Positions 1 through 8,999 of a DNA stretch of 44,534 bases are shown here, piece after piece. Below the pieces are notes generated by a model. The model was not told the DNA's origin, did no database searches, and worked only from the letters and a program-made list of their open reading frames with translations. A program made the position numbers and the translations under genes. Origin of the DNA: Thermodesulfovibrionales bacterium (GTDB lineage Bacteria > Nitrospirota > Thermodesulfovibrionia > Thermodesulfovibrionales > SM23-35); contig JAGUWT010000248.1 in the NCBI GenBank assembly GCA_020062205.1, positions 1 to 44,534 on the forward strand. The letters run 5' to 3'. How positions within the stretch are numbered: position 1 is the stretch's first letter; each line of letters starts with the position of its first letter.

Positions 1-1156
1 TCAGTCCTTTTTTATTTGGATCATCATCAATGAGTCCGATTACCTTATAAGAATAAAATGAACTGTATTCTATATCCCGGAGTAACATCTCTGCAGCATT
101 CCCTGCGCCTACAACAATGACCTGTTTCGTATCTCCCGGTTTGCCATTTGCCCTTTCATGAAGGCGCCTGAGCAGCCTTATACCACCCAAAAGAAAAATG
201 TTTATAAACCAGTCAATTACATATATTGACCTTGGATAAGAAGTCTCTCCAGAGAGATACCTTACACTAAAGAAAAACAATAATGAACCAAGACTTACTG
301 CAACGGTGATATTGAGAAGGTCCCTGACACTTGCATACCTCCACAGTCCCCTATCAAGTGAAAAGCTAAAAAGAAATATAATCCTGAGGAAGACAAGTAT
401 GGAAAGATATCTCAAGAATAAATCAAACTCGAAAGAAGGTATATTCCCATCGAATCTAATGAAAAAGGCAAGATAGTTTGAGATTATAAAGATAATGAGT
501 TGTATGCCTGTGATTATTGGTCTTCTGTAAGGCATTAGGATATTTACTATTTTGAAGATAGTATCCTGTGGATATACCAGTTTGAAAATGGTAAGGGATA
601 TTAGTTTCAAGTCATATAGAAGAGATGCCTGTTTAACATATTCCTTAGCAAGTTTGATTTTTTCTGGTAAAAGAATGTGAATGTAATATTCTTCCGGCTC
701 TTTCTTATCTTTTAAAACTGCTTCTTCATTACTGTAAGTTAATGAGGCAATATCTGTAATGCCAGGCCTGATTTTAAGAATTTCTTTATAGTCCTTTCTG
801 TATTTGTTCACATATTTTCTTACCTCTGGCCTTGGGCCAACGAGGCTCATATCACCTTTAAGGACATTCCGGAGCTGGGGCAACTCGTCAAGCTTTGTCT
901 TTCTGAGAAATCGTCCAAATTTTGTTATCCTTGGGTCGCCTTTTACAGTGATAGGTCGGCCTTTCTTAGGTGCATCCACTACCATGGTTCTAAACTTATA
1001 AAGACCGAAGGGCTTGAAGTTTCTGCCTATCCTTGTCTGGACAAAGAATACAGAACCCCTGCTTTCTATCTTTATGAGGACTGCCACTACCGCAAAGATG
1101 GGCAGAGATACCAAGAGACCGATGGCTGAAAAAAATATGTCAAAGGCCCTTTTCAT
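1..1156 (-). CDS. Partial CDS (3' end runs off the window): monotopic phosphoglycosyl transferase (bacterial sugar transferase) domain fused to a CapD/PglF/WbpM-type membrane + Rossmann N-terminal region
   Basis: Absent from the ORF track because it reaches the window edge. Hand translation from the ATG at ~1156 gives MKRAFDIFFSAIGLLVSLPIF..RIGRNFKPFGLYKFRTM..DELPQLRNVLKGDMSLVGPRPE..RPGITD, the same motifs as the 5289-5882 paralog. Several hydrophobic segments follow, then VIVVGAGNAAEMLLRDI..VIGLIDDDPNKKGL, typical of CapD-like dehydratase N-termini. Confidence 0.75.
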   Translation of the reverse strand, partial: MKRAFDIFFSAIGLLVSLPIFAVVAVLIKIESRGSVFFVQTRIGRNFKPFGLYKFRTMVVDAPKKGRPITVKGDPRITKFGRFLRKTKLDELPQLRNVLKGDMSLVGPRPEVRKYVNKYRKDYKEILKIRPGITDIASLTYSNEEAVLKDKKEPEEYYIHILLPEKIKLAKEYVKQASLLYDLKLISLTIFKLVYPQDTIFKIVNILMPYRRPIITGIQLIIFIISNYLAFFIRFDGNIPSFEFDLFLRYLSILVFLRIIFLFSFSLDRGLWRYASVRDLLNITVAVSLGSLLFFFSVRYLSGETSYPRSIYVIDWFINIFLLGGIRLLRRLHERANGKPGDTKQVIVVGAGNAAEMLLRDIEYSSFYSYKVIGLIDDDPNKKGL

Positions 1157-1185
1157 CTCTTGATCCTATGATGTCCCTGCATTTG

Positions 1186-1968
1186 CTACCTGGGCGTATA
1201 ACCTACAGCAAACAAAACCTTATATTGCGTGGTTGGCGTATCCTGTGGAATAGTCACCGGTGGAGTATACTCTGTCATTCCGTCCTTGATTTCAGGAGGC
1301 AATGGTATCAATTTACCCATAAAGAGCCTTTTCAAGAGTTCTTTACCCTTCATAGTTTTTGGAATGAGATTAAGGGCAACTGCTGCCTTTTTGATAGCAG
1401 ATATGATTCTGTCTTTAAACGTATTAACTTTTACAGGACAATCGCCATAGAGTGCCACATTAATAAACTCATTCTGTTTAAGCAGTTCAAATAACTCTGG
1501 TGCAGAAAAGTACTTATAAGTGTAAGGGCTTGGATTAAAACCAGACCAATCTTTGTTAGCTGTGCACATGATAAGGACGCCGTTGTCTCTTAATACCCTA
1601 TAAGCTTCATTTACAAATTTTTCTGGTTGGGCGAGGTAATAGATAGCCTCATATAAAATTAAAACATCAAAACTCTTATTATCGAAAGGCAGATTGTGGG
1701 CATCCAGTTGTCTAATCTCTATTCTATCTTTATAGTAATCTTTGGCACATTTTACTATTTTTCCATCGTAATCTCCTCCAACAACCCTTTTAGCCTTCTT
1801 TGCCAAGTAACCCAGGCCCTGACCAGAACCACAAGCTACCTCCAGCACATCTTTCCCCTCACAGAATTCCGAAGCAAAGCGATACCGTGTATACATCCTC
1901 TGTAATTGTTCTGAGGTTACATTGCAGCCTGTTATTTCCGTTACTGTTGTATAATCAGCATTTTCCAT
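1186..1968 (-). CDS. Class I SAM-dependent methyltransferase
   Basis: 260-aa ORF with SAM motif I VLEVACGSGQGLGYLA and a downstream FDVLILYEAIYYL / LRDNGVLI pattern. Confidence 0.8.
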   Translation of the reverse strand: MENADYTTVTEITGCNVTSEQLQRMYTRYRFASEFCEGKDVLEVACGSGQGLGYLAKKAKRVVGGDYDGKIVKCAKDYYKDRIEIRQLDAHNLPFDNKSFDVLILYEAIYYLAQPEKFVNEAYRVLRDNGVLIMCTANKDWSGFNPSPYTYKYFSAPELFELLKQNEFINVALYGDCPVKVNTFKDRIISAIKKAAVALNLIPKTMKGKELLKRLFMGKLIPLPPEIKDGMTEYTPPVTIPQDTPTTQYKVLFAVGYTPR

Positions 1969-2015
1969 ATATTCGGTTGTAAAATAGTTTCAAGCTAATA
2001 TCTTTGCTCCGAAAA

Positions 2016-2111
2016 TGTCATTCTCTGGCTTGACCCCCGTATCAAGTACGGGGCAGGCTCCGAATCCAGTTCCGCTTTTTCTGGATTCCCCGATCAAGTC
2101 GGGGAATGACA
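2016..2111. repeat. Nested palindromic intergenic element (REP/MITE-like, or a compound terminator)
   Basis: Outer arms TGTCATTC (2016-2023) and GAATGACA (2104-2111). Inner arms GAATCCAG (2062-2069) and CTGGATTC (2081-2088). Two internal hairpins: CCCCGTA-tcaag-TACGGGG (~2034-2053) and CCCCGA-tcaag-TCGGGG (~2088-2104). Confidence 0.5.
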
Positions 2112-2154
2112 GAATAATTTTCGTATTCCTTTGTGAGCCGAGGCTCCTGAAGGT

Positions 2155-3261
2155 TTAAGCAAAGAATGCTTTAACTGTCTCAATCACTATTTCAGCCTCA
2201 TTGTCAGTAAGTTCAGGATACATAGGTAAAGACAAAACTTCGGCTGAAATTTGTTCTGTTTTGGGCAGTTTAAAATGATCCAGTTTTAATGCAGGTTGCT
2301 TATGCAGAGGCTTCGGCCATGAAATAAGAACCTCTATTCCAGAGGCTTTCATGTATCTGACGAGGTCGTCACGATGTTTTGACCTGATGACATAGTTTTG
2401 ATATACATCAAAATAATCATCATTTGATCGAGGATGGGTAATTATATCACCAACTCCTGAAAGCCCCTCATCATACATACGCGCTATCTCCCTGCGTCTC
2501 TTTACCCACTTGTCAAAATAATTAAACTTCATATTAAGTATTGCTGCGTGTAGATTGTCAAGCCTTGTACACCAGCCAAAGCATTCGATAACCTCTACTG
2601 AATCAACCCTTCCATTATCGCGAAATGCTCTGATCTTTCTTGCCAACCCATCATCGTTTGTGCAGACCATTCCACCATCTCCTGCTGTGCCTAACATCTT
2701 TGCTGGATAGAAGCTAAATATGCCTGTATCACCAAACGATACACATCTTTTGTTTTTAAATTTAGCACCTAGTGCCTGTGCAGCATCTTCAATAACTCTA
2801 AAATTGTATTTTTTTGCTATATCCATAATTTTATCCATATTGCAGGCATGTCCGTTAAGATGCACTGGAATAATCCCTTTTGTTTTGGAAGTTGTGGCAG
2901 CCTCTACTTGATCAACATCCATATTAAAATCGTCAGTAATATCAACAAGCACTGGAGTTGCACCGCATTGGACAATAGCACCCACTGTAGCTACAAAAGT
3001 ATGGGCAACAGTAATCACTTCGTCCCCCGGACCAAAACCCAGAGCGCGTGCAGAAAGATATAAGGCATCAGTGCCTGTATTTACCCCGATAGCACATTTA
3101 GTCCCGACATATTCGGCTATTATCTTTTCAAACTCCTCCAAATGCCGCCTGAGGATAAAATTACCACCCGACATTACTTCCTCAAATACATGATCAAACT
3201 CTTTTTTAAGCTGTTGGTACTGTCTTGGATAGTTCACAAATCTAACTTTATATGGCATCAA
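2155..3261 (-). CDS. DegT/DnrJ/EryC1/StrS-family PLP-dependent sugar aminotransferase
   Basis: 368 aa. Contains GVNTGTDALYL, VIEDAAQALGA and FSFYPAKMLG (PLP-lysine context). GAGGAGG SD precedes the ATG. Confidence 0.9.
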   Translation of the reverse strand: MMPYKVRFVNYPRQYQQLKKEFDHVFEEVMSGGNFILRRHLEEFEKIIAEYVGTKCAIGVNTGTDALYLSARALGFGPGDEVITVAHTFVATVGAIVQCGATPVLVDITDDFNMDVDQVEAATTSKTKGIIPVHLNGHACNMDKIMDIAKKYNFRVIEDAAQALGAKFKNKRCVSFGDTGIFSFYPAKMLGTAGDGGMVCTNDDGLARKIRAFRDNGRVDSVEVIECFGWCTRLDNLHAAILNMKFNYFDKWVKRRREIARMYDEGLSGVGDIITHPRSNDDYFDVYQNYVIRSKHRDDLVRYMKASGIEVLISWPKPLHKQPALKLDHFKLPKTEQISAEVLSLPMYPELTDNEAEIVIETVKAFFA

Positions 3262-3289
3262 TCCTCCTCATAGTATTTATCGAGAAGAC

Positions 3290-4276
3290 TTAAGAGACTA
3301 TTTCTCTAACCACATCAATTATATTTTGGTAAGTAGGGTAATAATGCTTCTCTAACTGAGAGCTGGCTGGTGCAGGGACATCAGGGAGTGTTACCCGTCT
3401 TATTGGTGCTTTTAGATATTCAAAACCATTCTCAGAGACCAGTGCAGATGTCTCAGATGCCACCCCACAAGTTTTCCATCCACCATCAGCAATAACAACT
3501 CTACCAGTCTTTTTAACCGATTGTAATAAAAGCCCTTTATCTAATGGTTTAACCGATCTCAGATCTATAACTTCAGCATCAATTCCCTCTTTCTCCAATT
3601 CCTGAGCAGCTTTAACAGCTTCGTATGCCATATACGACACAGCAACCAGTGTTATATCTGTACCTTTCCTTCTTATTATTCCTTTCCCAATCTCTACCTC
3701 GTATACTTCTTCAGGAACAGTATCTTCATGTCTGTATAACCAGCGGTCATCAATATAGATAACAGGATTATCATCCCTTATCGCAGCAATCATCAATCCC
3801 TTTGCATCATATGCAGTTGAAGGCATTACTACTTTTAATCCTGGAACATGAGCAAATAGGGCATGAAGGGCTTGAGAGTGCTGTGCTGCCTGTTCTCCAC
3901 CCCTGTTTATTATCCCCCAGAATACAACAGGCACTGTTGACTTCCCGCCACACATATAATGCCAGTTTGCTGCTTCGTTGATAATCGGGTCAAAGGCATA
4001 TAGCATAAAATCCATTCTCGGGTGCACAACTACAGGTCTCATACCAGCAATCGCAGCGCCCACTGCTGCTCCGGTAATGGCATTCTCAGAAACTGGCGTG
4101 TCAATTACCCGATTTGTGCCAAATTTCTGCAATAATCCCTGCGAAGTATTCCCAACATACCATGGACTCTTAACTCCCTGACCAATTAAAAAAACCGACT
4201 CATCACTTTCCATCATCTGATGGAGCGCCTCATTAATTGCCAGGCTATATTGGAGCTTCCTATTCACTGTAGACAT
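3290..4276 (-). CDS. ThDP-dependent 2-oxoacid dehydrogenase E1 component, beta subunit-like (transketolase Pyr/C domains)
   Basis: 328 aa. FLIGQGV..DTPVSENAITGAAVGAAIAGMRPVV and the C-terminal DAEVIDLRSVKPLD are typical of E1-beta. Its start overlaps the stop of the alpha gene by 17 nt. Confidence 0.85.
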   Translation of the reverse strand: MSTVNRKLQYSLAINEALHQMMESDESVFLIGQGVKSPWYVGNTSQGLLQKFGTNRVIDTPVSENAITGAAVGAAIAGMRPVVVHPRMDFMLYAFDPIINEAANWHYMCGGKSTVPVVFWGIINRGGEQAAQHSQALHALFAHVPGLKVVMPSTAYDAKGLMIAAIRDDNPVIYIDDRWLYRHEDTVPEEVYEVEIGKGIIRRKGTDITLVAVSYMAYEAVKAAQELEKEGIDAEVIDLRSVKPLDKGLLLQSVKKTGRVVIADGGWKTCGVASETSALVSENGFEYLKAPIRRVTLPDVPAPASSQLEKHYYPTYQNIIDVVREIVS

Positions 4277-5243
4277 ATCTCGCTAATTCTCCTTTTTCAG
4301 GATAAGGACTATTTTTCGCAAAGGCATGGGCCTCACTAACTTCATCTTCTGCCTCTTTTTTGATATTTATCAAATCTTCTCCTTTGAGAATTTTAGTCTT
4401 CAATAAAAATCTCTCAAATCTTTTAATCGGGTCTTTTTTCAGCCACTTTTCAATTTCTTCCTTCGGTCTGATATCAGTATGCGTTCCCTGTATATTATCG
4501 TCGGCGCCAACATGACCACGAAATCGATAAGTCATACACTCAAGAAAGACCGGCCCCTCGCCTTTCCTGCATGCCTCAACTGCCTTTTTGGCAGCCTCAT
4601 AAACTTTAAGCACATCATTACCGTCGATCTTGGAGCTTACGATACAAAAAGGTTTTCCTATTTCAAAAATATTATTTTTTAGCCGACATTCCCTGATTGG
4701 CATATGGGTTGAGTAAAGGTTATTTTCGCAGGCAAAGATAATCGGTAATTTCTTAAGCGATGCAAAATTTAATGATTCGTATAAAACCCCTTCTCCTGCT
4801 GCCCCATCCCCAAAGAAACTGACCGTCACCCGATTATCCTCTCTTATTTTAGATGCAAGTGCTGCACCCACCGCCAGTGAGATAGTTCCGGCAACTATTG
4901 GGGCTGCTCCCAGCATTCCTCTCTCTGCAGCAATAAGATGCATAGAACCACCTCTACCTCTTGAGCAACCTGTTTCCTTACCGTAAATTTCAGCAACAAG
5001 CTCAGACATTCCTCCAACCCTAGCAAGATAATGCCCATGAGAACGGTGGTTTCCAAAGACATAATCCTTTTCATCGAGAGCAGCACAAACGCCAGTTGCG
5101 ATTGCTTCCTCTCCTGAGTAAAGATGGCAGGGACAACGCACCTCGCCATTCAGGATCGGTTCCACAAAACTCTCTTCGCAGAGCCGAATACGAACCATTG
5201 TTTGATATAATTTCTTTAAGAAATTTTTAGAATATTTCACCAT
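4260..5243 (-). CDS. ThDP-dependent 2-oxoacid dehydrogenase E1 component, alpha subunit-like
   Basis: 327 aa. ThDP-binding motif FFGDGAAGEGVLYESLNFASLKKLPIIFACENNLYS, plus YRFRGH. AGGAG SD upstream. Confidence 0.85.
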   Translation of the reverse strand: MVKYSKNFLKKLYQTMVRIRLCEESFVEPILNGEVRCPCHLYSGEEAIATGVCAALDEKDYVFGNHRSHGHYLARVGGMSELVAEIYGKETGCSRGRGGSMHLIAAERGMLGAAPIVAGTISLAVGAALASKIREDNRVTVSFFGDGAAGEGVLYESLNFASLKKLPIIFACENNLYSTHMPIRECRLKNNIFEIGKPFCIVSSKIDGNDVLKVYEAAKKAVEACRKGEGPVFLECMTYRFRGHVGADDNIQGTHTDIRPKEEIEKWLKKDPIKRFERFLLKTKILKGEDLINIKKEAEDEVSEAHAFAKNSPYPEKGELARYVYSE

Positions 5244-5288
5244 AATCTCCTAATTGTCATTGCGGAGGTGTATTATGTCATTAAAAAC

Positions 5289-5882
5289 TCATCTGATTGC
5301 AATAGCCTTTAAAGTCAGAAAAATTATTTTTAAATCAATCCAAAATGATCGCTCTTTGACGTATTTCAATTGAAGTCTGATTTTTTCAGGCCTTATTTTT
5401 TCCATATAGGTCTTTTCAGGATCTGGGCTTCCGGCAAGGATTGCCCCTTCATCAGGATTCCAGAGTGATGCCCAATCAGTAATACCTGGACGGACACTTA
5501 AAATAGCTTTTTCTTCTTCAGTAAACATATTAACATAATGCTGAACCTCTGGCCTTGGTCCTACAAAACTCATTTCACCCTTCAATACATTTATAAGTTG
5601 TGGTAGCTCATCAAGCTTATATTTTCTAATAAACTTTCCAATCTGTGTAATCCGGGGGTCATCATCGGCTGTTGATGGCCCACCGATCTTTTCTGCGTTT
5701 ACTACCATAGTCCTGAACTTATATATTCTAAATGGCCTTCCATATCTTCCAATCCTTATCCCTCTATAAAAAACAGGCCCCTTGGAATCCAGCTTTATCA
5801 ATAAGGCGATGAATACAAATAATGGCAGTAACATTAAAAGTCCTGCAAAAGCCAGTATAATATCAACCAGACGCTTCAACAT
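5289..5882 (-). CDS. Monotopic phosphoglycosyl transferase (bacterial sugar transferase, PglC/WbaP C-terminal type), intact
   Basis: 197 aa with one N-terminal re-entrant hydrophobic helix. Contains YKFRTM, DELPQLINVLKGEMSFVGPRPE and RPGITDWA. GGAGGG SD upstream. Confidence 0.9.
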   Translation of the reverse strand: MLKRLVDIILAFAGLLMLLPLFVFIALLIKLDSKGPVFYRGIRIGRYGRPFRIYKFRTMVVNAEKIGGPSTADDDPRITQIGKFIRKYKLDELPQLINVLKGEMSFVGPRPEVQHYVNMFTEEEKAILSVRPGITDWASLWNPDEGAILAGSPDPEKTYMEKIRPEKIRLQLKYVKERSFWIDLKIIFLTLKAIAIR

Positions 5883-5953
5883 TATAGCAATCCCTCCAGC
5901 CTACCGGCACTCAACCTTATATCACAGTATATCTTTGGCCTGCCCCAGTAGTT

Positions 5954-6886
5954 TTATGGTTTCTGGGCCAAGACGTCAAGATGCTTAATTGACACATCTT
6001 CAATCAAATCCCTTCCCCGAAAACGTTTATTTAACTTCAATGAACGTAGTGCATCAAGCTCATGACTTTCAGGTTTGTATTTCTCTACCTCAAGGACATT
6101 GAACCCTGCTTGTTTAAAGAGCTCCAAATAATCATTGGCCCTTAGTCTGTTTTGATAATGAAGAGACGAATTAAAAAAATAGCTCCAGACTTTATCAGAA
6201 AATTTCAAGAAATTATAGATGCTGATTGAGTGGTCAAAGTAAGAGAAATGATCCTGCAAATCTATAATACAGCTAAAAATCCCCCCAGGTTTAAGTATCC
6301 GATAGCACTCTCTGAGGATTTTTAGGATGTCCGCGGGAGGAATGTGTTCCAGTGTGCTAGTATTGGTAATAAGGTCGTAGGAATCGCCACCCAAACCAGT
6401 ACTTCGTGCATCCATCGGTGCTCGGTAGTTGATGCCAACAGATTGCAACAATAAACTCATATCCGTGGGCGTAACACTAACTTGCTTGAAGAAGGTTTCG
6501 GAGAGTTTGTAACCATATTTTTGTTCTATTATATCTCGATTTTTTTTGAAATAAGCTAAGGTGACTGTAACAAGTTCAAATCTAACATGAGGTACCAAAT
6601 CGATGATAGTTTGATTTCCTACTCCCATAGCGGCATAGGTCAAGGGTGCAACTAGTTCCCATCCGGCTCCAAACTCGAATAACTTCAAGTCATCAACTTG
6701 TTCTTTCCCGCTATATAAAGTAAATCGGCGAAAATGTTTGAAAGCATTATCAATCATCCTTAAGAATTCGCTTTCACCTATAGGTAAGCTACTGGTGATA
6801 TGTTTTTGCAGCAAGTAGTTGATGCACTCGCCATTTGGCAACATACTGAGAAATTTTTGCAGGAAAGCCTTGGCAATCCATTTCAT
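5954..6886 (-). CDS. SAM-dependent methyltransferase (Methyltransf_11/23-like)
   Basis: 310 aa. YDLITNTSTLEHIP..ILRECYRILKPGGIFSCIIDLQDH pattern. Confidence 0.65.
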   Translation of the reverse strand: MKWIAKAFLQKFLSMLPNGECINYLLQKHITSSLPIGESEFLRMIDNAFKHFRRFTLYSGKEQVDDLKLFEFGAGWELVAPLTYAAMGVGNQTIIDLVPHVRFELVTVTLAYFKKNRDIIEQKYGYKLSETFFKQVSVTPTDMSLLLQSVGINYRAPMDARSTGLGGDSYDLITNTSTLEHIPPADILKILRECYRILKPGGIFSCIIDLQDHFSYFDHSISIYNFLKFSDKVWSYFFNSSLHYQNRLRANDYLELFKQAGFNVLEVEKYKPESHELDALRSLKLNKRFRGRDLIEDVSIKHLDVLAQKP

Positions 6887-6935
6887 AGAAGATAAAAAAT
6901 GAAAAAGCAGGTTTTTATCACCTTTTCATTATACG

Positions 6936-7760
6936 CTATCGCTGTTGGCATATTTTATACCAAGGTATTTTAGAATATAATAATTTACGAACGGATGTTG
7001 GTATTAGACGTATGACTAACAACACAGATAAAATAAAAATAAATTGAAACAAGTTCATTTTCCCATTTCTAAATAAATATTTCTTCACACGAAAATCTTT
7101 TACAAGCCATTTAATTCCTCTTCTTCTGTACTTGCCAGCACCAACACGCATTCTCAGTAAGCATTTGCTCATATTATAAAACTTATGCCCAGCAACACAC
7201 ATTTTTGCCCATAAATGATCATCATCACCAAAGAAAGGCTCATAGCCGCCAACCGCTAGAACAGATTGCTTTCTATACATTACTGTCGGATGATTCATAG
7301 GGTTCCGGGACCACATACTATTCACAATGTCTTCGTGTGATACAGGAACAGATTTAATCATAACAGGAGCGTCTTTATTTTCTATAAATTCTGCCACATA
7401 TGACCCTACTACATCTATGTCTGGATGCTTAACCATAAAATTATACTGTAGTTCGAGCCTATCCAGTTCACTATAATCATCTGAATCCATACGTGCCACT
7501 AGGTCAAAAGAACAATGTTTAAGTCCTTCATTTAAAGCAGTAGCTACCCCCATATTCTTTTCCAAATAGACAACCTTTATTTTGTCACCAAACAATTTCT
7601 CCCATTTATGCAAAACTGTATAAAGATCCTTTGTCAACGGACCATCAACAACTAAAACTACCTCAAAATCTGCAAGTGTCTGATTGTAAATACTTTCCAT
7701 TGCCAGATTAAAGCATTCAGGACGCTCCCTTTTATATACTGGTATAAGAACTGACACCAT
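6936..7760 (-). CDS. GT2-family glycosyltransferase
   Basis: 274 aa. VSVLIPVYKRE..NQT..FEVVLVVDGP and the RMDSDD (DxD) motif. Confidence 0.85.
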   Translation of the reverse strand: MVSVLIPVYKRERPECFNLAMESIYNQTLADFEVVLVVDGPLTKDLYTVLHKWEKLFGDKIKVVYLEKNMGVATALNEGLKHCSFDLVARMDSDDYSELDRLELQYNFMVKHPDIDVVGSYVAEFIENKDAPVMIKSVPVSHEDIVNSMWSRNPMNHPTVMYRKQSVLAVGGYEPFFGDDDHLWAKMCVAGHKFYNMSKCLLRMRVGAGKYRRRGIKWLVKDFRVKKYLFRNGKMNLFQFIFILSVLLVIRLIPTSVRKLLYSKIPWYKICQQR

Positions 7761-7935
7761 AATTTAACAACCATTACTATCGATAGCACATTAGGATAAA
7801 AAAGATGACTCGATAGTGTCGCCTATTTTTTAATAATGACAAACGACTCCTTAGCTGTTTGTGATACACTTAGCATGTATCTTTATAAACTTATCTCCTT
7901 GCTACCAATATAATGTAAGTTGGCTCTCTTCCTTC

Positions 7936-8570
7936 TTATGGGAATGGAAAGATATCACTTTCACTCAACAAAGGTTTTAAGAGATCTACCTTAAGTGTCA
8001 TAAGCATTATTTTAAAATCAACCCAAAGTGAATGGTTTTTCACATATTCAAGTTCAAGCCTGTGCTTTTCAGGCCATATTTTTTCTAAATAAACTCTTTC
8101 AGGATCTTTACTTCCAGCAAGAATTTTACTCTCATCCGGATTCCATAAGCAGGCCCAATCTGTTATCCCAGTATCCCAGGGCGGACAGTAAGAATAACCT
8201 TCTCTTCCTCAGCGAAAAGTTTAGCACATTGAGGAACCTCAGGCCTTGGGCCAACAATGCTCATTTCCCCTTTAAGGACATTGATGAATTGGGGCAACTC
8301 ATCAAGATTGTATCTTCTGATATATTTGCCAGCATTGGTAAGACGAGGATCATCCGCTGATGTCGAGGGGCCACCAAGCTTTTCTGCATTGGCCACCATC
8401 GTCCTGAACTTAAATATCTTAAATGGTTTCCCAAACCTCCCAATCCTCACTCCCCTATAAAAAACAGGGCTTTTGGAATCCAACTTTATCAATATGGCAA
8501 CGGCTACAAACAGGGGAAATAGCACTACGAGTCCTGCAAAAGCCAATATAATGTCAAACAAACGCTTCAT
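7936..8570 (-). pseudogene. Frameshifted paralog of the 5289-5882 phosphoglycosyl transferase
   Basis: The track ORF 8163-8570 ends ..TVRPGILG*. The remainder (WDTGITDWACLWNPDESKILAGSKDPERVYLEKIWPEKHRLELEYVKNHSLWVDFKIMLMTLK..) reads on in another frame to a TAA at ~7936. It aligns with the intact paralog's RPGITDWASLWNPDEGAILAGSPDPEKTYMEKIRPEK. Confidence 0.8.
8164..8179. repeat. Perfect 8-bp tandem duplication (TATCCCAG x2) that frameshifts the PGT paralog
   Basis: Plus strand reads tatcccag tatcccag. Deleting one copy restores CCT GGG ATA ACA GAT TGG = PGITDW, identical to the intact paralog. Confidence 0.8.
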
Positions 8571-8579
8571 TTTCTTTTT

Positions 8580-8614
8580 AGGTCAAAGGTTATAGGTCAT
8601 AGGTGTTAGGTTTT
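8580..8614. repeat. Heptamer-periodic array abutting and overlapping the 3' end of the four-helix-bundle ORF
   Basis: AGGTCAA AGGTTAT AGGTCAT AGGTGTT AGGTTTT: five consecutive AGGTNNN units. Confidence 0.7.
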
Positions 8615-8998
8615 GGATTTCCAAGATATCAAGGATTTTTCAAGGGATTTTAGCATACGACCACATTCCTCATAACGATTGAGCAAATCCTCATACTTTG
8701 TATTTTCTATATATCCCTTTTTAAAGGCTATCCTGAGATGATGTTTAGTTTCCCGCAATTCTCCTTGTGCCCGATTTATTCCTTCAAGATAAATATTAAT
8801 GTGCTTGTTATTCCATCCCTCTGCAATATTTGCAGGTGCAGAGTTGGAAGACCTTCTTAACTGTAAACCAAGTTCATATAATTCGAACTTAGGAAATGTA
8901 AAAGTTAATTCATTAACCTCAATATGCAAATCACAGAGTTTTTGATATACTTCTAAATCTTCATAGCTCTCAATCTTTTTTCTATCTTGCACCGACAT
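8606..8998 (-). CDS. Four-helix-bundle protein (23S rRNA intervening-sequence protein / DGR Avd family)
   Basis: 130 aa. YEDLEVYQKLCDLHIEV..LGLQLRRSSNSAPANIAEGW is the family signature as I recall it (PF05635/TIGR02436). Confidence 0.85.
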   Translation of the reverse strand: MSVQDRKKIESYEDLEVYQKLCDLHIEVNELTFTFPKFELYELGLQLRRSSNSAPANIAEGWNNKHINIYLEGINRAQGELRETKHHLRIAFKKGYIENTKYEDLLNRYEECGRMLKSLEKSLISWKSKT

Positions 8999-8999
8999 T

